Shown: positions 17,985 through 26,241 of the stretch, piece by piece
Numbering within the stretch: position 1 is the stretch's first letter
Layout of the letters: each line of letters starts with the position of its first letter
DNA from: Candidatus Hadarchaeales archaeon
GTDB taxonomy: Archaea > Hadarchaeota > Hadarchaeia > Hadarchaeales > Hadarchaeaceae
Direction of reading: 5' to 3'
Assembly (NCBI GenBank): GCA_038823825.1
Contig: JAWBCC010000001.1
Span: 330,001-362,000, forward strand
DNA length: 32,000 bases
Program-made: the position numbers and the translations under genes
Notes under the pieces: model-generated
The model's database searches: none
The model's input: only the letters and a program-made list of their open reading frames with translations
What the model was told of the DNA's origin: nothing

Positions 17985-17988
17985 AAAA

Positions 17989-19080
17989 TCAGACGACCGC
18001 TTTTTCCGTTTTTGCGTCAAAAATGTGAATGTGTTTCATGTTAAATGTGATGGTTATCTTGTCTCCCATTTTCAAACCGATTTTTGGGGGAGCTTTGGCG
18101 ACCATTCTCAGGTTTCCTCTGCTCATATAGAGAAAATCTTCCGATCCGATCGGCTCTACTAGGTCTACTTTCATTTCTATAGTATTTTTTTCACCTTTTC
18201 TCGATATCAAAATGTCTTCGGGGCGAACTCCGGCAATCACTTCTCGACAGTCTGCTTTCCTGATTATTTTTGCGATTTCGGAAGGTAGTTCAATCGAAAA
18301 TTCGCCAGCATCCAAAATCACCTTGCTTTTTTTCATCACCACTGAAGCTCTGAAGAAATTGATCGGCGGTGTACCTATGAAGCCAGCTACAAATGTATTC
18401 GCTGGAAAGTCGTATATCTCCTCCGGAGTGCCAACCTGCTCGACTCTCCCGGCTCTCATCACTATCACCCTGTCTGCCATCGTCATTGCCTCGAGTTGGT
18501 CGTGCGTCACATGAATAGTGGTGATCTTTAACTCCTTCTGCAATTTGCGAAGTTCTGCTCTCATGATTACACGCATCTTGGCGTCAAGGTTAGAAAGTGG
18601 CTCGTCCCACAGGAAAATTTTTGGTTCACGGACGATCGCTCTTCCAAGGGCAACTCTTTGTTTTTGACCCCCACTAAGTTGGCTTGGCTTTCTTTCTAAA
18701 AGATGAGTTATATCCAATAGCTTGGCCGCATTTTTCACTCTTTTATCTACTTCTTCTTTATTGTAACCAAGATTTCTGAGTCCAAATGCCATGTTGTCAT
18801 AGACGGACATATGTGGATACAAAGCATAATCTTGGAAAACCATGGCAATCCCTCTGTCCCTGATTGCCACATCGTTGACGCAAACTTTACCAAAGTATAT
18901 ATACCCACTGTCGGGTTTTTCCAATCCGGCAATGAGTCTGAGCACGGTAGTTTTTCCACATCCGCTTGGCCCGACGATTACAGCGAGTTCTTTATCCGGA
19001 ATTGTAAAAGATACGTCGTTGACTGCTGTAACCTCTCCGAACCTTTTTGTCACATGGTCGAGCTTTACTGAGACCATCAA
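17989..19080 (-). CDS. Sugar-type ABC transporter ATP-binding protein (MalK/UgpC/MsmX-like)
   Basis: 363 aa. Walker A GPSGCGKTT, Q-loop VFQDYALYPH, signature LSGGQKQRVALGRA, Walker B IFLWDEPLSNLD, H-loop VTHDQ. It has a C-terminal TOBE-like regulatory domain of about 120 aa. Confidence 0.92.
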   Translation of the reverse strand: MMVSVKLDHVTKRFGEVTAVNDVSFTIPDKELAVIVGPSGCGKTTVLRLIAGLEKPDSGYIYFGKVCVNDVAIRDRGIAMVFQDYALYPHMSVYDNMAFGLRNLGYNKEEVDKRVKNAAKLLDITHLLERKPSQLSGGQKQRVALGRAIVREPKIFLWDEPLSNLDAKMRVIMRAELRKLQKELKITTIHVTHDQLEAMTMADRVIVMRAGRVEQVGTPEEIYDFPANTFVAGFIGTPPINFFRASVVMKKSKVILDAGEFSIELPSEIAKIIRKADCREVIAGVRPEDILISRKGEKNTIEMKVDLVEPIGSEDFLYMSRGNLRMVAKAPPKIGLKMGDKITITFNMKHIHIFDAKTEKAVV

Positions 19081-19178
19081 TCAAATTACATCCTAAATGG
19101 ATTTAAGCCATGTCTACTGCATGCATGTGATTTTTATCGGTTTCGAGGAGAAGCGAATAGGAGATGACATGTCTTATT

Positions 19179-19201
19179 CTTTTTAAAGGAACTTTTTAAA
19201 G
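19179..19201 (+). promoter_or_regulatory. Tandem TATA-like decamers CTTTTTAAAG (19179-19188 and 19192-19201)
   Basis: Two exact copies with a 13-bp period, ending 17 nt before the GTG start (19218) of the first glucanase gene. They lie in the 137-nt divergent spacer shared with the ABC ATPase gene. Confidence 0.35.
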
Positions 19202-19217
19202 TGATTAAAGTGAGTCT

Positions 19218-21050
19218 GTGAATTCCCTCGTCAAGAGATCCGTCGTGCTGGTTCTTGTGACCGCTAGCGTTCTTGGGGGCGTTTACATCAGCAGACCCTC
19301 AGGAACTAAAAAACCATCACTCGAGAAATGGGAGAAGGTTTATTCTTTCGCAATCGACTGGGAAGAGATTTCGAATACACCGATACGCTGGAGCGATATC
19401 GGTCAGGAAGAAAAATCTTTTCTGACAGATCTTCAAAGAAGGTCCTTTCTTTACTTTTGGGAAAAAGCCGACCAGGTCACAGGGCTCGTTTATGACAGAG
19501 CAAGCAATCCCGATATTTCAAGCATCGCGGCCACAGGTTTCGGTCTTTCTGCAATATGTGTGGCAGAGGCAAACGGATGGATTTCCAAAGATGAAGCATA
19601 CCAACGTGTCTTGAGGATACTAAAGAATTTTGATCCCGATAAACCGAGCGTGGAAGGCAAAAACGGGTTTTTCTATCATTTTGTCAATGCACGAACAGGC
19701 CGGAGAGCTTGGATGAGTGAAATCTCCTCCATTGACACAGCAATACTCATCGCAGGGGCTCTCCATGCCGGACAACACTTTAAGGGAACCGAAATCGAGA
19801 GCCTTGCTAGCAGGATTTATAAAGCAGTCCAGTGGGACTGGATGCTTCTCAACAACGGACTTTTGAGTATGGGATGGACGCCCGAAGGTGGATTCCTTTC
19901 TCCAGCCTCCGGATATAGCGAGTATATCCTGGCATATATCTTAGCCTTGGGCTCGCCCACTCACTCGATTCCCCCAAAAAGCTGGGATACATGGACCAGT
20001 ACCTTCAGTTGGTATTCGCACGATGGCAGACGATTCCTGACACCGGGCGGCCGGACAATGCTGGCATACCTTTATCAGTTTCCGGCTTGCTGGATCGATT
20101 TCAGAAACATTCATGATGGAAAGGCAAACTATTGGTTAGAGGGAGTAGCCGCTTTAAAGGCAAATAGACTGTTTTGTTTGGAGGAATCTCGAGTTAACCG
20201 CTGGCCAGCTGTTTGGGGGTGGACAGCCTGTGATGGAATAAATGGTTATCTTGGTTTCAGAAATACTTTTGATGGAACTGTTGCTCCATCAGCGGTAGCC
20301 GCGGCCATCCCATTCATTCCTGAAAACGCAATCCTTGATCTGATGAGAATGTACTGGGAATATTCTGAGAAAATTTGGGGAGAGTACGGTTTTGTGAATG
20401 CGTTTAACCCTAGTCAAAACTGGTTCGATAATGACTATATAGGAATCGATCAAGGCAACACGGTTCTAATGCTTGAGGCCTTCAAAAGTGGATCAGTTTG
20501 GAAAGAGTTCATGAGTATACCTTATATTATCAACGCTTTGCGGAAGGCGGGTTTTGTTGAGGGATTTCACCATGACAGCGGAGGATTTGTGAAAGACTGG
20601 ATAGTGATAGGACCCTTTGGTTTGGGGGAGGCTGAAGCCTTCAATTCCGATTTTGTCGGAGAAACTTCATTATTGTTTTACAAATCTGGAGAGCGTATTG
20701 CGGGAAGAGAATGGGTCGAACATCACGCGCCATATGGCGATCCGGTGTCTAGGTTCATTGATTTTTGTCAAATTTTAGGGCCATATGAAGAAACGGGGGC
20801 TTACGCTTTTACGGTGATTTATTCGCCATCGAAGAAGACCGTGGAACTCAGGGTGGGAAGTGATGATTCTGTCAAGGTCTGGATAAATGGGAAACTTGTT
20901 CATTCTAATCGGGTTGCTAGGGCCGCCGCTCCGGATCAAGATATCATACCAGATATATGGCTTGAAGAGGGAACCAGCACAATATTGGTGAAAGTTTGCA
21001 ACAAAGCAGGCGGCTGGGGATTCTACTTAAGGATACTTGAAAAGAAATAA
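19218..21050 (+). CDS. Membrane-anchored glycoside hydrolase, PF10091 'glycoamylase'/GH144-like (endo-beta-1,2-glucanase family) with C-terminal beta-sandwich domain
   Basis: 610 aa, GTG start, N-terminal signal-anchor VVLVLVTASVLGGVYI. Catalytic-region blocks: LQRRSFLYFWEKADQVTGLV, IAATGFGLSA, NGFFYHFVNARTGRR, SEISSIDTAILIAGAL, WDWM, YILALGSPTH.IP, WGWTACDG, WGEYGFVNAF, IGIDQGNTVLMLEAF..GSVWKEFM...ALRKAGF. These match my memory of PF10091/GH144 proteins. A C-terminal part of about 160 aa (WIVIGPF...GSDDSVKVWINGKLV...ILVKVCN..GGWGFYLRI) looks like a lectin/jelly-roll module. Confidence 0.75.
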   Translation: MNSLVKRSVVLVLVTASVLGGVYISRPSGTKKPSLEKWEKVYSFAIDWEEISNTPIRWSDIGQEEKSFLTDLQRRSFLYFWEKADQVTGLVYDRASNPDISSIAATGFGLSAICVAEANGWISKDEAYQRVLRILKNFDPDKPSVEGKNGFFYHFVNARTGRRAWMSEISSIDTAILIAGALHAGQHFKGTEIESLASRIYKAVQWDWMLLNNGLLSMGWTPEGGFLSPASGYSEYILAYILALGSPTHSIPPKSWDTWTSTFSWYSHDGRRFLTPGGRTMLAYLYQFPACWIDFRNIHDGKANYWLEGVAALKANRLFCLEESRVNRWPAVWGWTACDGINGYLGFRNTFDGTVAPSAVAAAIPFIPENAILDLMRMYWEYSEKIWGEYGFVNAFNPSQNWFDNDYIGIDQGNTVLMLEAFKSGSVWKEFMSIPYIINALRKAGFVEGFHHDSGGFVKDWIVIGPFGLGEAEAFNSDFVGETSLLFYKSGERIAGREWVEHHAPYGDPVSRFIDFCQILGPYEETGAYAFTVIYSPSKKTVELRVGSDDSVKVWINGKLVHSNRVARAAAPDQDIIPDIWLEEGTSTILVKVCNKAGGWGFYLRILEKK

Positions 21051-21087
21051 AAAAGAAAAAAGAATGTGCCTCCGGGAATCTAGCCTT

Positions 21088-21936
21088 TTACTCAAATGCT
21101 ATCCAGTCTATCCAGAGCTTACCCTGAACAGGTCCCTCGAAGACTATGTTAATTTGTCTGATATCCTTCAGGTTCAGCGATCCGGCTTGTTGAACAAACT
21201 GCACAAGGGGTATCTCTATTACTTCCCATTCTGTTTTCGCAGTTCTGTGAACTTTTCCGTTGTGACTGTCAGTGGCCGTGTGGACGTCCGCATTTGTCAT
21301 TCTCTCGATATCCTCTGGCGCGCGTCCAAAAAGTTCTCGAGAAAGGTTCTCGATTGATTTTCCATATTTGCTCAACACAATGTCTCTATAAGCAGTGTTA
21401 TTTCTGAAGTTGTTGTCAGATATCTTAAACACCCGCGCCGCATTCTGGGCATTTGAAAACTGCAAAGTATCCTGAAGCTCAACTTTGAAACTCATCGCTT
21501 TGCTGGCCTTTACAGCCATCTTTAGCGTTGTATAGCCGCTGAGGTCATAACCGGATCCTATACTTACCAGAATCGGATCGGTAGAGATGTCTCCGGACTT
21601 TAGGAAACACCAGTAACCGCTCCACCCCCCCTGCGGAACATCGATTGTCATTTGAATAGCAAGACCAGTAGAGGTGGGCACGAAAGCACAGTACTCATTA
21701 CCGGGATCTGGCGGATACCCACCCATTGTTCCGACTGGAGTACCCAAGTTGGTTCCGAGCGATTCGTCATCGAAGTCGTCGAGAACGAGTGCCCCGGAAG
21801 GAATAGTTATTCCGCTTTCAACTTTTTCTTCTCTGCGAAGCAGTAAAACTGCTCCCACAATAACTATGAAAACCACGAGAACCACGATTCCCAGAAGCAC
21901 CTTGTTTTTCTTTAGGTTGACACTTGTCTCAGTCAT
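21088..21936 (-). CDS. Membrane-anchored carbohydrate-binding-module-like protein (CBM11/CIA30-like beta-sandwich)
   Basis: 282 aa. N-terminal anchor VLLGIVVLVVFIVIVGAVLLL is followed by LDDFDDESLGTNLG...GGWSGYWCFL...YTTLKMAVKA...SFKVELQD...WEVIEIPL..F......L.DIRQINIVFEG...GKLWIDWIAFE. This pattern is typical of non-catalytic glycan-binding modules. The family assignment is tentative. Confidence 0.5.
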   Translation of the reverse strand: MTETSVNLKKNKVLLGIVVLVVFIVIVGAVLLLRREEKVESGITIPSGALVLDDFDDESLGTNLGTPVGTMGGYPPDPGNEYCAFVPTSTGLAIQMTIDVPQGGWSGYWCFLKSGDISTDPILVSIGSGYDLSGYTTLKMAVKASKAMSFKVELQDTLQFSNAQNAARVFKISDNNFRNNTAYRDIVLSKYGKSIENLSRELFGRAPEDIERMTNADVHTATDSHNGKVHRTAKTEWEVIEIPLVQFVQQAGSLNLKDIRQINIVFEGPVQGKLWIDWIAFE

Positions 21937-21945
21937 TTTCTCTGG

Positions 21946-22045
21946 GAAAAACTCGCTTGGATTTCCATATATACATGCAGGATAAAAATCCTCGTTTTTC
22001 TAAATTTTCGCAAAGATTCGAATATATTAAAAGGAGAAAAACTCG
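21946..22045. repeat. Direct 10-mer repeat GAAAAACTCG (21946-21955 and 22036-22045) in a divergent control region
   Basis: Two exact copies 90 bp apart in the 155-nt spacer between the CBM-like gene (start 21936, minus) and the 946-aa hydrolase gene (start 22092, plus). The first copy lies 9 nt from the minus-strand start codon. Confidence 0.6.
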
Positions 22046-22091
22046 GGGAAAACCAATTTATTTCTAATGAGGATACTCTTACAGGGTTAAA

Positions 22092-24932
22092 TTGAGATTG
22101 AAAAAAACCCTGCTGCTGATATGGCCGCTTTTTATTGTTTTAGTTGGGGTGCTTGTTTTACGTTTTTCTCACACGTCATCCGGGTATTACTTATACATTG
22201 TAGATCCACATGGGGACGATTACGGACCAGGAACGTATACCTATCCGGTAGACTTCACCTTCAGGCTGGAGAACTTTGGTAAGAGAGAAACTTTCGACGT
22301 GGTGGAGTTTAAGGTCTATGAAAAAAATGACAAGGAAATCGTCTTTGAGTATAGACTTGCACAACCTATTGTTGATCCTTGGGGCCTAAGCTCAAAGCCA
22401 TACCCGATCAGCGTACACGGAATCGACATCTACATAGACACGGGAAAGCCGGGAGGGCACACAGAAACGATATTTGATAAGACTGTGCCCGGAAATCTAG
22501 AAATGAACCCCTCCGGAACGATAAACGCAAAAATAAGTGAGGATGCCGCTTGGGAGTACGCGGTAAGAGCTCATGGCTGGGAGGTTGCTATCTTCAGAAA
22601 TCCGACTGGTGAAAATGGAGGGAAAATTAAAGTAGGTTCGCTCGAAGTGGATAAGGAAAAGGGAATTATACGTATTCTCATCCCAAACCGTATAACGGGA
22701 AGACCCAGCTCTGACTGGAAGATTGTCACGTACATTTTTGGCATAGACTACGGAAATGCTAGAGTTGTTAACGCTCACGCGTCCGCTTGGAATTTTGGTG
22801 GAGGTAGAGACGATAATTCAGATCCGAACATTATTGATCTCATAGTTCCACCGGGCACGACTCAGGAGGAAATCTTGAATTTCGAAAAAGGCGCTGTTTT
22901 TCTACCCGGTATCCCATTGACTTCGAAATCCTATACATCTCAGAAAGGCAGAATCATGGTTAAGCCGCTAGAAACCGGACTGAGTCCTGAAGAAATTCCT
23001 CCAATGGATAACATTCTCAATGAAATCGTCAGAAGAGGCATCATGTATTTCTGGGATTTCTCAGATAAAGAAACCGGTCTCGTTCGCGATACTACTAAGT
23101 ATCCGAATGATGAGTTTCCAGCAAGTGTAGCGGCGACAGGTTTCGGTCTGACATCCTTGATAATAGGAGCGCACAGAGGGTGGTTGGATAACCAACTTGT
23201 TTATGAACACATTTTGAGAACTCTAAGGAGTTTCAGGGATAACGTTGCCCAGCATAACGGCTTTTTCTATCACTTCGTTAGGATGTCAACGGGTGAACGC
23301 TGGGAACCAGCAAAACTCGGAAAACCGGGCGAATCTTCTGAACTCTCCTCCATAGATACAGCACTCTTTTTAGCTGGTGCTCTAACAGCGGCAGAATATT
23401 ACAAAGGAACAGAGGTAGAAGTCCTGGCCAAGGAAATCTATGAACGTGTCAGATGGGACTGGATGCTTGCAGACGATAATACTTTGTATCATGGATGGAC
23501 GCCAGAAAGAGGATTCCTCCCACACAAGTGGGAATATTATGCGGAGTCTATGATTCTCTACCTTCTGGCGATGGGTTCTCCCACGCATCCAATTCCTCCA
23601 AGCAGTTGGGATGCATGGGAGAGACCGTTGGCAAACATCGGAACTAGGAGGATGTACATAATGTCTCCGCCGGAAAGTCTCTTTACATACCAATATTCTC
23701 ACGCGTGGATAGACTTCAGAAACAAGCATGATAGGTATGCGGATTACTGGCAGAATTCTATCAACGCTATCTATAACAACAGGAATTTTGTAATCTGGGT
23801 AGCAATAAACAATCCTGGTAAATATAGCGCTTTCGGGGAGGATATTTGGGGACTAACTGCCGGAGATGCTCCGTGTGCAAAAACTGGCTATAAGAACTAC
23901 GGAGCATATCTGGGGGGATATGACGGAACCATTCATCCTTACGGCATGGTCGCTTCTCTCCCCTTTGTTCCGGAGCTTTCCATGCGCGGAATACAAGCGC
24001 TTCTCCAGAGGTATGGAAGAGAAATCTGGAGAGAATATGGATTCACTAGCGGTTTTAATCCAGACATTGATTGGTATTCCCGAGATTACACAGGGATCGA
24101 TGTCGGGATCCAAGTCATAATGGTGCAGAATTACTTGGACAATTTTGTTTGGAATCTTTTCATGAGAAATGATTATATTAAAAACGCCATACGCCTTGCT
24201 GGATTTGTTGAAGGAACACTGGAAAATGGCCGAGCTGTGACTGTAGAATACGAACAGAAATATCTCAAGCCGGTGGAAGTGAAGGAAACCATCGCTTCTA
24301 AAGCTCCACCAACTATAAAAATCGATGGTTTGTTGTCGGATTGGTCAGAAGCAACTTTCGAGACCGTGGGACCGCAAGACGTCGTTCTCGGGTCGATAAG
24401 GTCCGATATTGAAAACGTCAGGGGAAGGTTTGCTGCGGCATGGGACAAAAACTTCCTGTATCTAGCTTGTGATGTCACGGATACCATACTTGTCACAAAC
24501 ATAGAGCCAGATGATATTCACAGCCTATACCGTACCGATAGCATAGAGTTTTACATTCAGCCAGACAGATTCGTGCCTGGAGCTGCTGGAATTTTCAAAA
24601 TTGCGGCAATACCATTTGATACAAAAGGAAACCCGCAGGCATGTAGACATGAAGATGTCAATCCTGGACCGATATCTATGGTTGCTCCCGAGGTGAAGCT
24701 CGCATCAAGCAGAACTTCAAACGGTTATGTGATCGAAATCGCTATCCCCTGGAAATACCTTGGCCTGGAGCCTGCAGAGGGTGTGAAGATAGGGCTTAAT
24801 TTCACGATTCAAAATACGTACATCAGGGACGCGGAGCCCGGCGAATATGTAAGAACTGCCATGCTTTCTTGGATAAGGGTGCCGGTTGTCTGGGCGAGAC
24901 CATCAACATGGGGGGTGCTTACACTAACATAA
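22092..24932 (+). CDS. Multidomain membrane-anchored PF10091/GH144-like glycoside hydrolase (glucodextranase-C-like N-domain + catalytic domain + CBM9-like C-domain)
   Basis: 946 aa, TTG start, anchor LLLIWPLFIVLVGVLVL. The N-domain has DPHGDDYGPGTYTYP...FDVVEFKVYEK...DPWG...IDIYIDTG (glucodextranase C-terminal-like module). The catalytic domain (about nt 22990-24216) is paralogous to 19218-21050: MYFWDF.DKETGLV, VAATGFGL, NGFFYHFV, SELSSIDTALFLAGAL, WDWM, LLAMGSPTHPIP, WGLTAGD, WREYGF, TGIDVGIQVIMVQNY, LAGFVEG. The C-domain IKIDGLLSDW...AAAWDKNFLYLACDVTD...DSIEFYIQP...GYVIEIAIPW resembles CBM9. Confidence 0.75.
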   Translation: MRLKKTLLLIWPLFIVLVGVLVLRFSHTSSGYYLYIVDPHGDDYGPGTYTYPVDFTFRLENFGKRETFDVVEFKVYEKNDKEIVFEYRLAQPIVDPWGLSSKPYPISVHGIDIYIDTGKPGGHTETIFDKTVPGNLEMNPSGTINAKISEDAAWEYAVRAHGWEVAIFRNPTGENGGKIKVGSLEVDKEKGIIRILIPNRITGRPSSDWKIVTYIFGIDYGNARVVNAHASAWNFGGGRDDNSDPNIIDLIVPPGTTQEEILNFEKGAVFLPGIPLTSKSYTSQKGRIMVKPLETGLSPEEIPPMDNILNEIVRRGIMYFWDFSDKETGLVRDTTKYPNDEFPASVAATGFGLTSLIIGAHRGWLDNQLVYEHILRTLRSFRDNVAQHNGFFYHFVRMSTGERWEPAKLGKPGESSELSSIDTALFLAGALTAAEYYKGTEVEVLAKEIYERVRWDWMLADDNTLYHGWTPERGFLPHKWEYYAESMILYLLAMGSPTHPIPPSSWDAWERPLANIGTRRMYIMSPPESLFTYQYSHAWIDFRNKHDRYADYWQNSINAIYNNRNFVIWVAINNPGKYSAFGEDIWGLTAGDAPCAKTGYKNYGAYLGGYDGTIHPYGMVASLPFVPELSMRGIQALLQRYGREIWREYGFTSGFNPDIDWYSRDYTGIDVGIQVIMVQNYLDNFVWNLFMRNDYIKNAIRLAGFVEGTLENGRAVTVEYEQKYLKPVEVKETIASKAPPTIKIDGLLSDWSEATFETVGPQDVVLGSIRSDIENVRGRFAAAWDKNFLYLACDVTDTILVTNIEPDDIHSLYRTDSIEFYIQPDRFVPGAAGIFKIAAIPFDTKGNPQACRHEDVNPGPISMVAPEVKLASSRTSNGYVIEIAIPWKYLGLEPAEGVKIGLNFTIQNTYIRDAEPGEYVRTAMLSWIRVPVVWARPSTWGVLTLT

Positions 24933-24963
24933 GCAATAAAAATATCGCGAAAGAGGTGAGTAG

Positions 24964-26241
24964 GTGAATATGGATAACAGAGGGCTAAGCACGAAAATAA
25001 TTGCTGTGGGTATTGGTATCGTGATAATCATCGCCGCCCTTGTTGTGCTGATTCCCAGAGGTGAGAAAGAAAAGGAGTCTATAGTCGTTTATCATTACTG
25101 GACCGCTGGAGCAGACAAGCAAGCTGTTAGCATGCTTTCTCAGATGTTCGAGAATCGAACCGGGATTAAACCGAAAATGAACGCCTTTACAGGATATCAG
25201 GACAAGTTAAACCTAGTCATCGACACGAGCCCACCAGACGTCGCCGCCCATTGGTTTAACAATTTTTATGTTGGCTACGCACGCCGCGGATCTCTTTTGG
25301 ATCTAACGGATTTCTGGCAATCTGAAGGCTTAAATCAAATATTTCCAGAAAAAATTTCAAGACTTCTTGAGGTTGACGGAAAAAAGTATGGTGTCCCGCT
25401 GGACATTCACTGGGAAGGCGGAGTAGTCATTTATAATCTAAGAGTGCTGCGTGCTAAAGGGCTGAACGTTCCGACAACTTGGGGGGAGTTTGAGGCCTTG
25501 CTGGAAGCACTGAAGGCAAGCGGTGTGGAACATCCGATCGCGATGGGCTTCAAGGATGCTTGGCCCAGAGACATGGTCTTTACGGCGCTTCTTGCCTCGA
25601 TAGGCGGTGCAGATTTCTACATTGGACTAACAAGGGGAGAAAATCGATGGACGGACGCACCGGTTCAACAAGCTTTCGAGATCTATCGACAATGGTGTGA
25701 AAAAGGTTACTTCGATCCATCGGCTCCCGGATTAGACTGGCAGGAAGCCTTAAGCACTTTCATAAATGGAGAAACGGCGATTTACTTCATGGGCGATTGG
25801 GCTTGCGCGGCCCTCAAGCAGATAGGCTGGAAGCCCAACGTTGATTTCATCGCGGATTTCCTCCCATTCAAGAGCGGTGTTAGACCGATCGGTATTCCGG
25901 ACGTTGAAGGTTTCGTGATACCTTCTAAGGCGAAGAATGCACAAGCCGCAAAGGAATTCCTGAAATTTATCACGGATAAGAATGTTCAGATATCCTTTGC
26001 TTCTATAAAAGGTAGCTTCGCTCCGCACAAGGACGCGAGAGTTGAAGACTATGCAGACAGCGTTCAAATCGCTATGTGGAGAAAGGCCGAAAATTGGGAT
26101 TGGGCCCTACCGCTGATGTGGTACTATCCGCAGACTGTAAGAAATGTCTTCGGAGACAAAATGTATGAGATCTGGGCGAATCCAAGAACAGTTAACATCA
26201 CTCAAATTTGTGAGGCGATTCAAGCAGTTGTTGGGGGGTGA
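24964..26241 (+). CDS. ABC transporter sugar-binding protein (solute-binding protein family 1), N-terminally anchored
   Basis: 425 aa from GTG 24964, with GAGGTG 5 nt upstream; ATG 24970 is an alternative start. The N-terminus MNMDNRGLSTKIIAVGIGIVIIIAALVVLI is followed by VVYHYW...PDV......VDGKKYGVPLD...GVVIYN...W.EF......HPIAMG...YFMGDW, typical of CUT1-type SBPs. Confidence 0.85.
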   Translation: MNMDNRGLSTKIIAVGIGIVIIIAALVVLIPRGEKEKESIVVYHYWTAGADKQAVSMLSQMFENRTGIKPKMNAFTGYQDKLNLVIDTSPPDVAAHWFNNFYVGYARRGSLLDLTDFWQSEGLNQIFPEKISRLLEVDGKKYGVPLDIHWEGGVVIYNLRVLRAKGLNVPTTWGEFEALLEALKASGVEHPIAMGFKDAWPRDMVFTALLASIGGADFYIGLTRGENRWTDAPVQQAFEIYRQWCEKGYFDPSAPGLDWQEALSTFINGETAIYFMGDWACAALKQIGWKPNVDFIADFLPFKSGVRPIGIPDVEGFVIPSKAKNAQAAKEFLKFITDKNVQISFASIKGSFAPHKDARVEDYADSVQIAMWRKAENWDWALPLMWYYPQTVRNVFGDKMYEIWANPRTVNITQICEAIQAVVGG

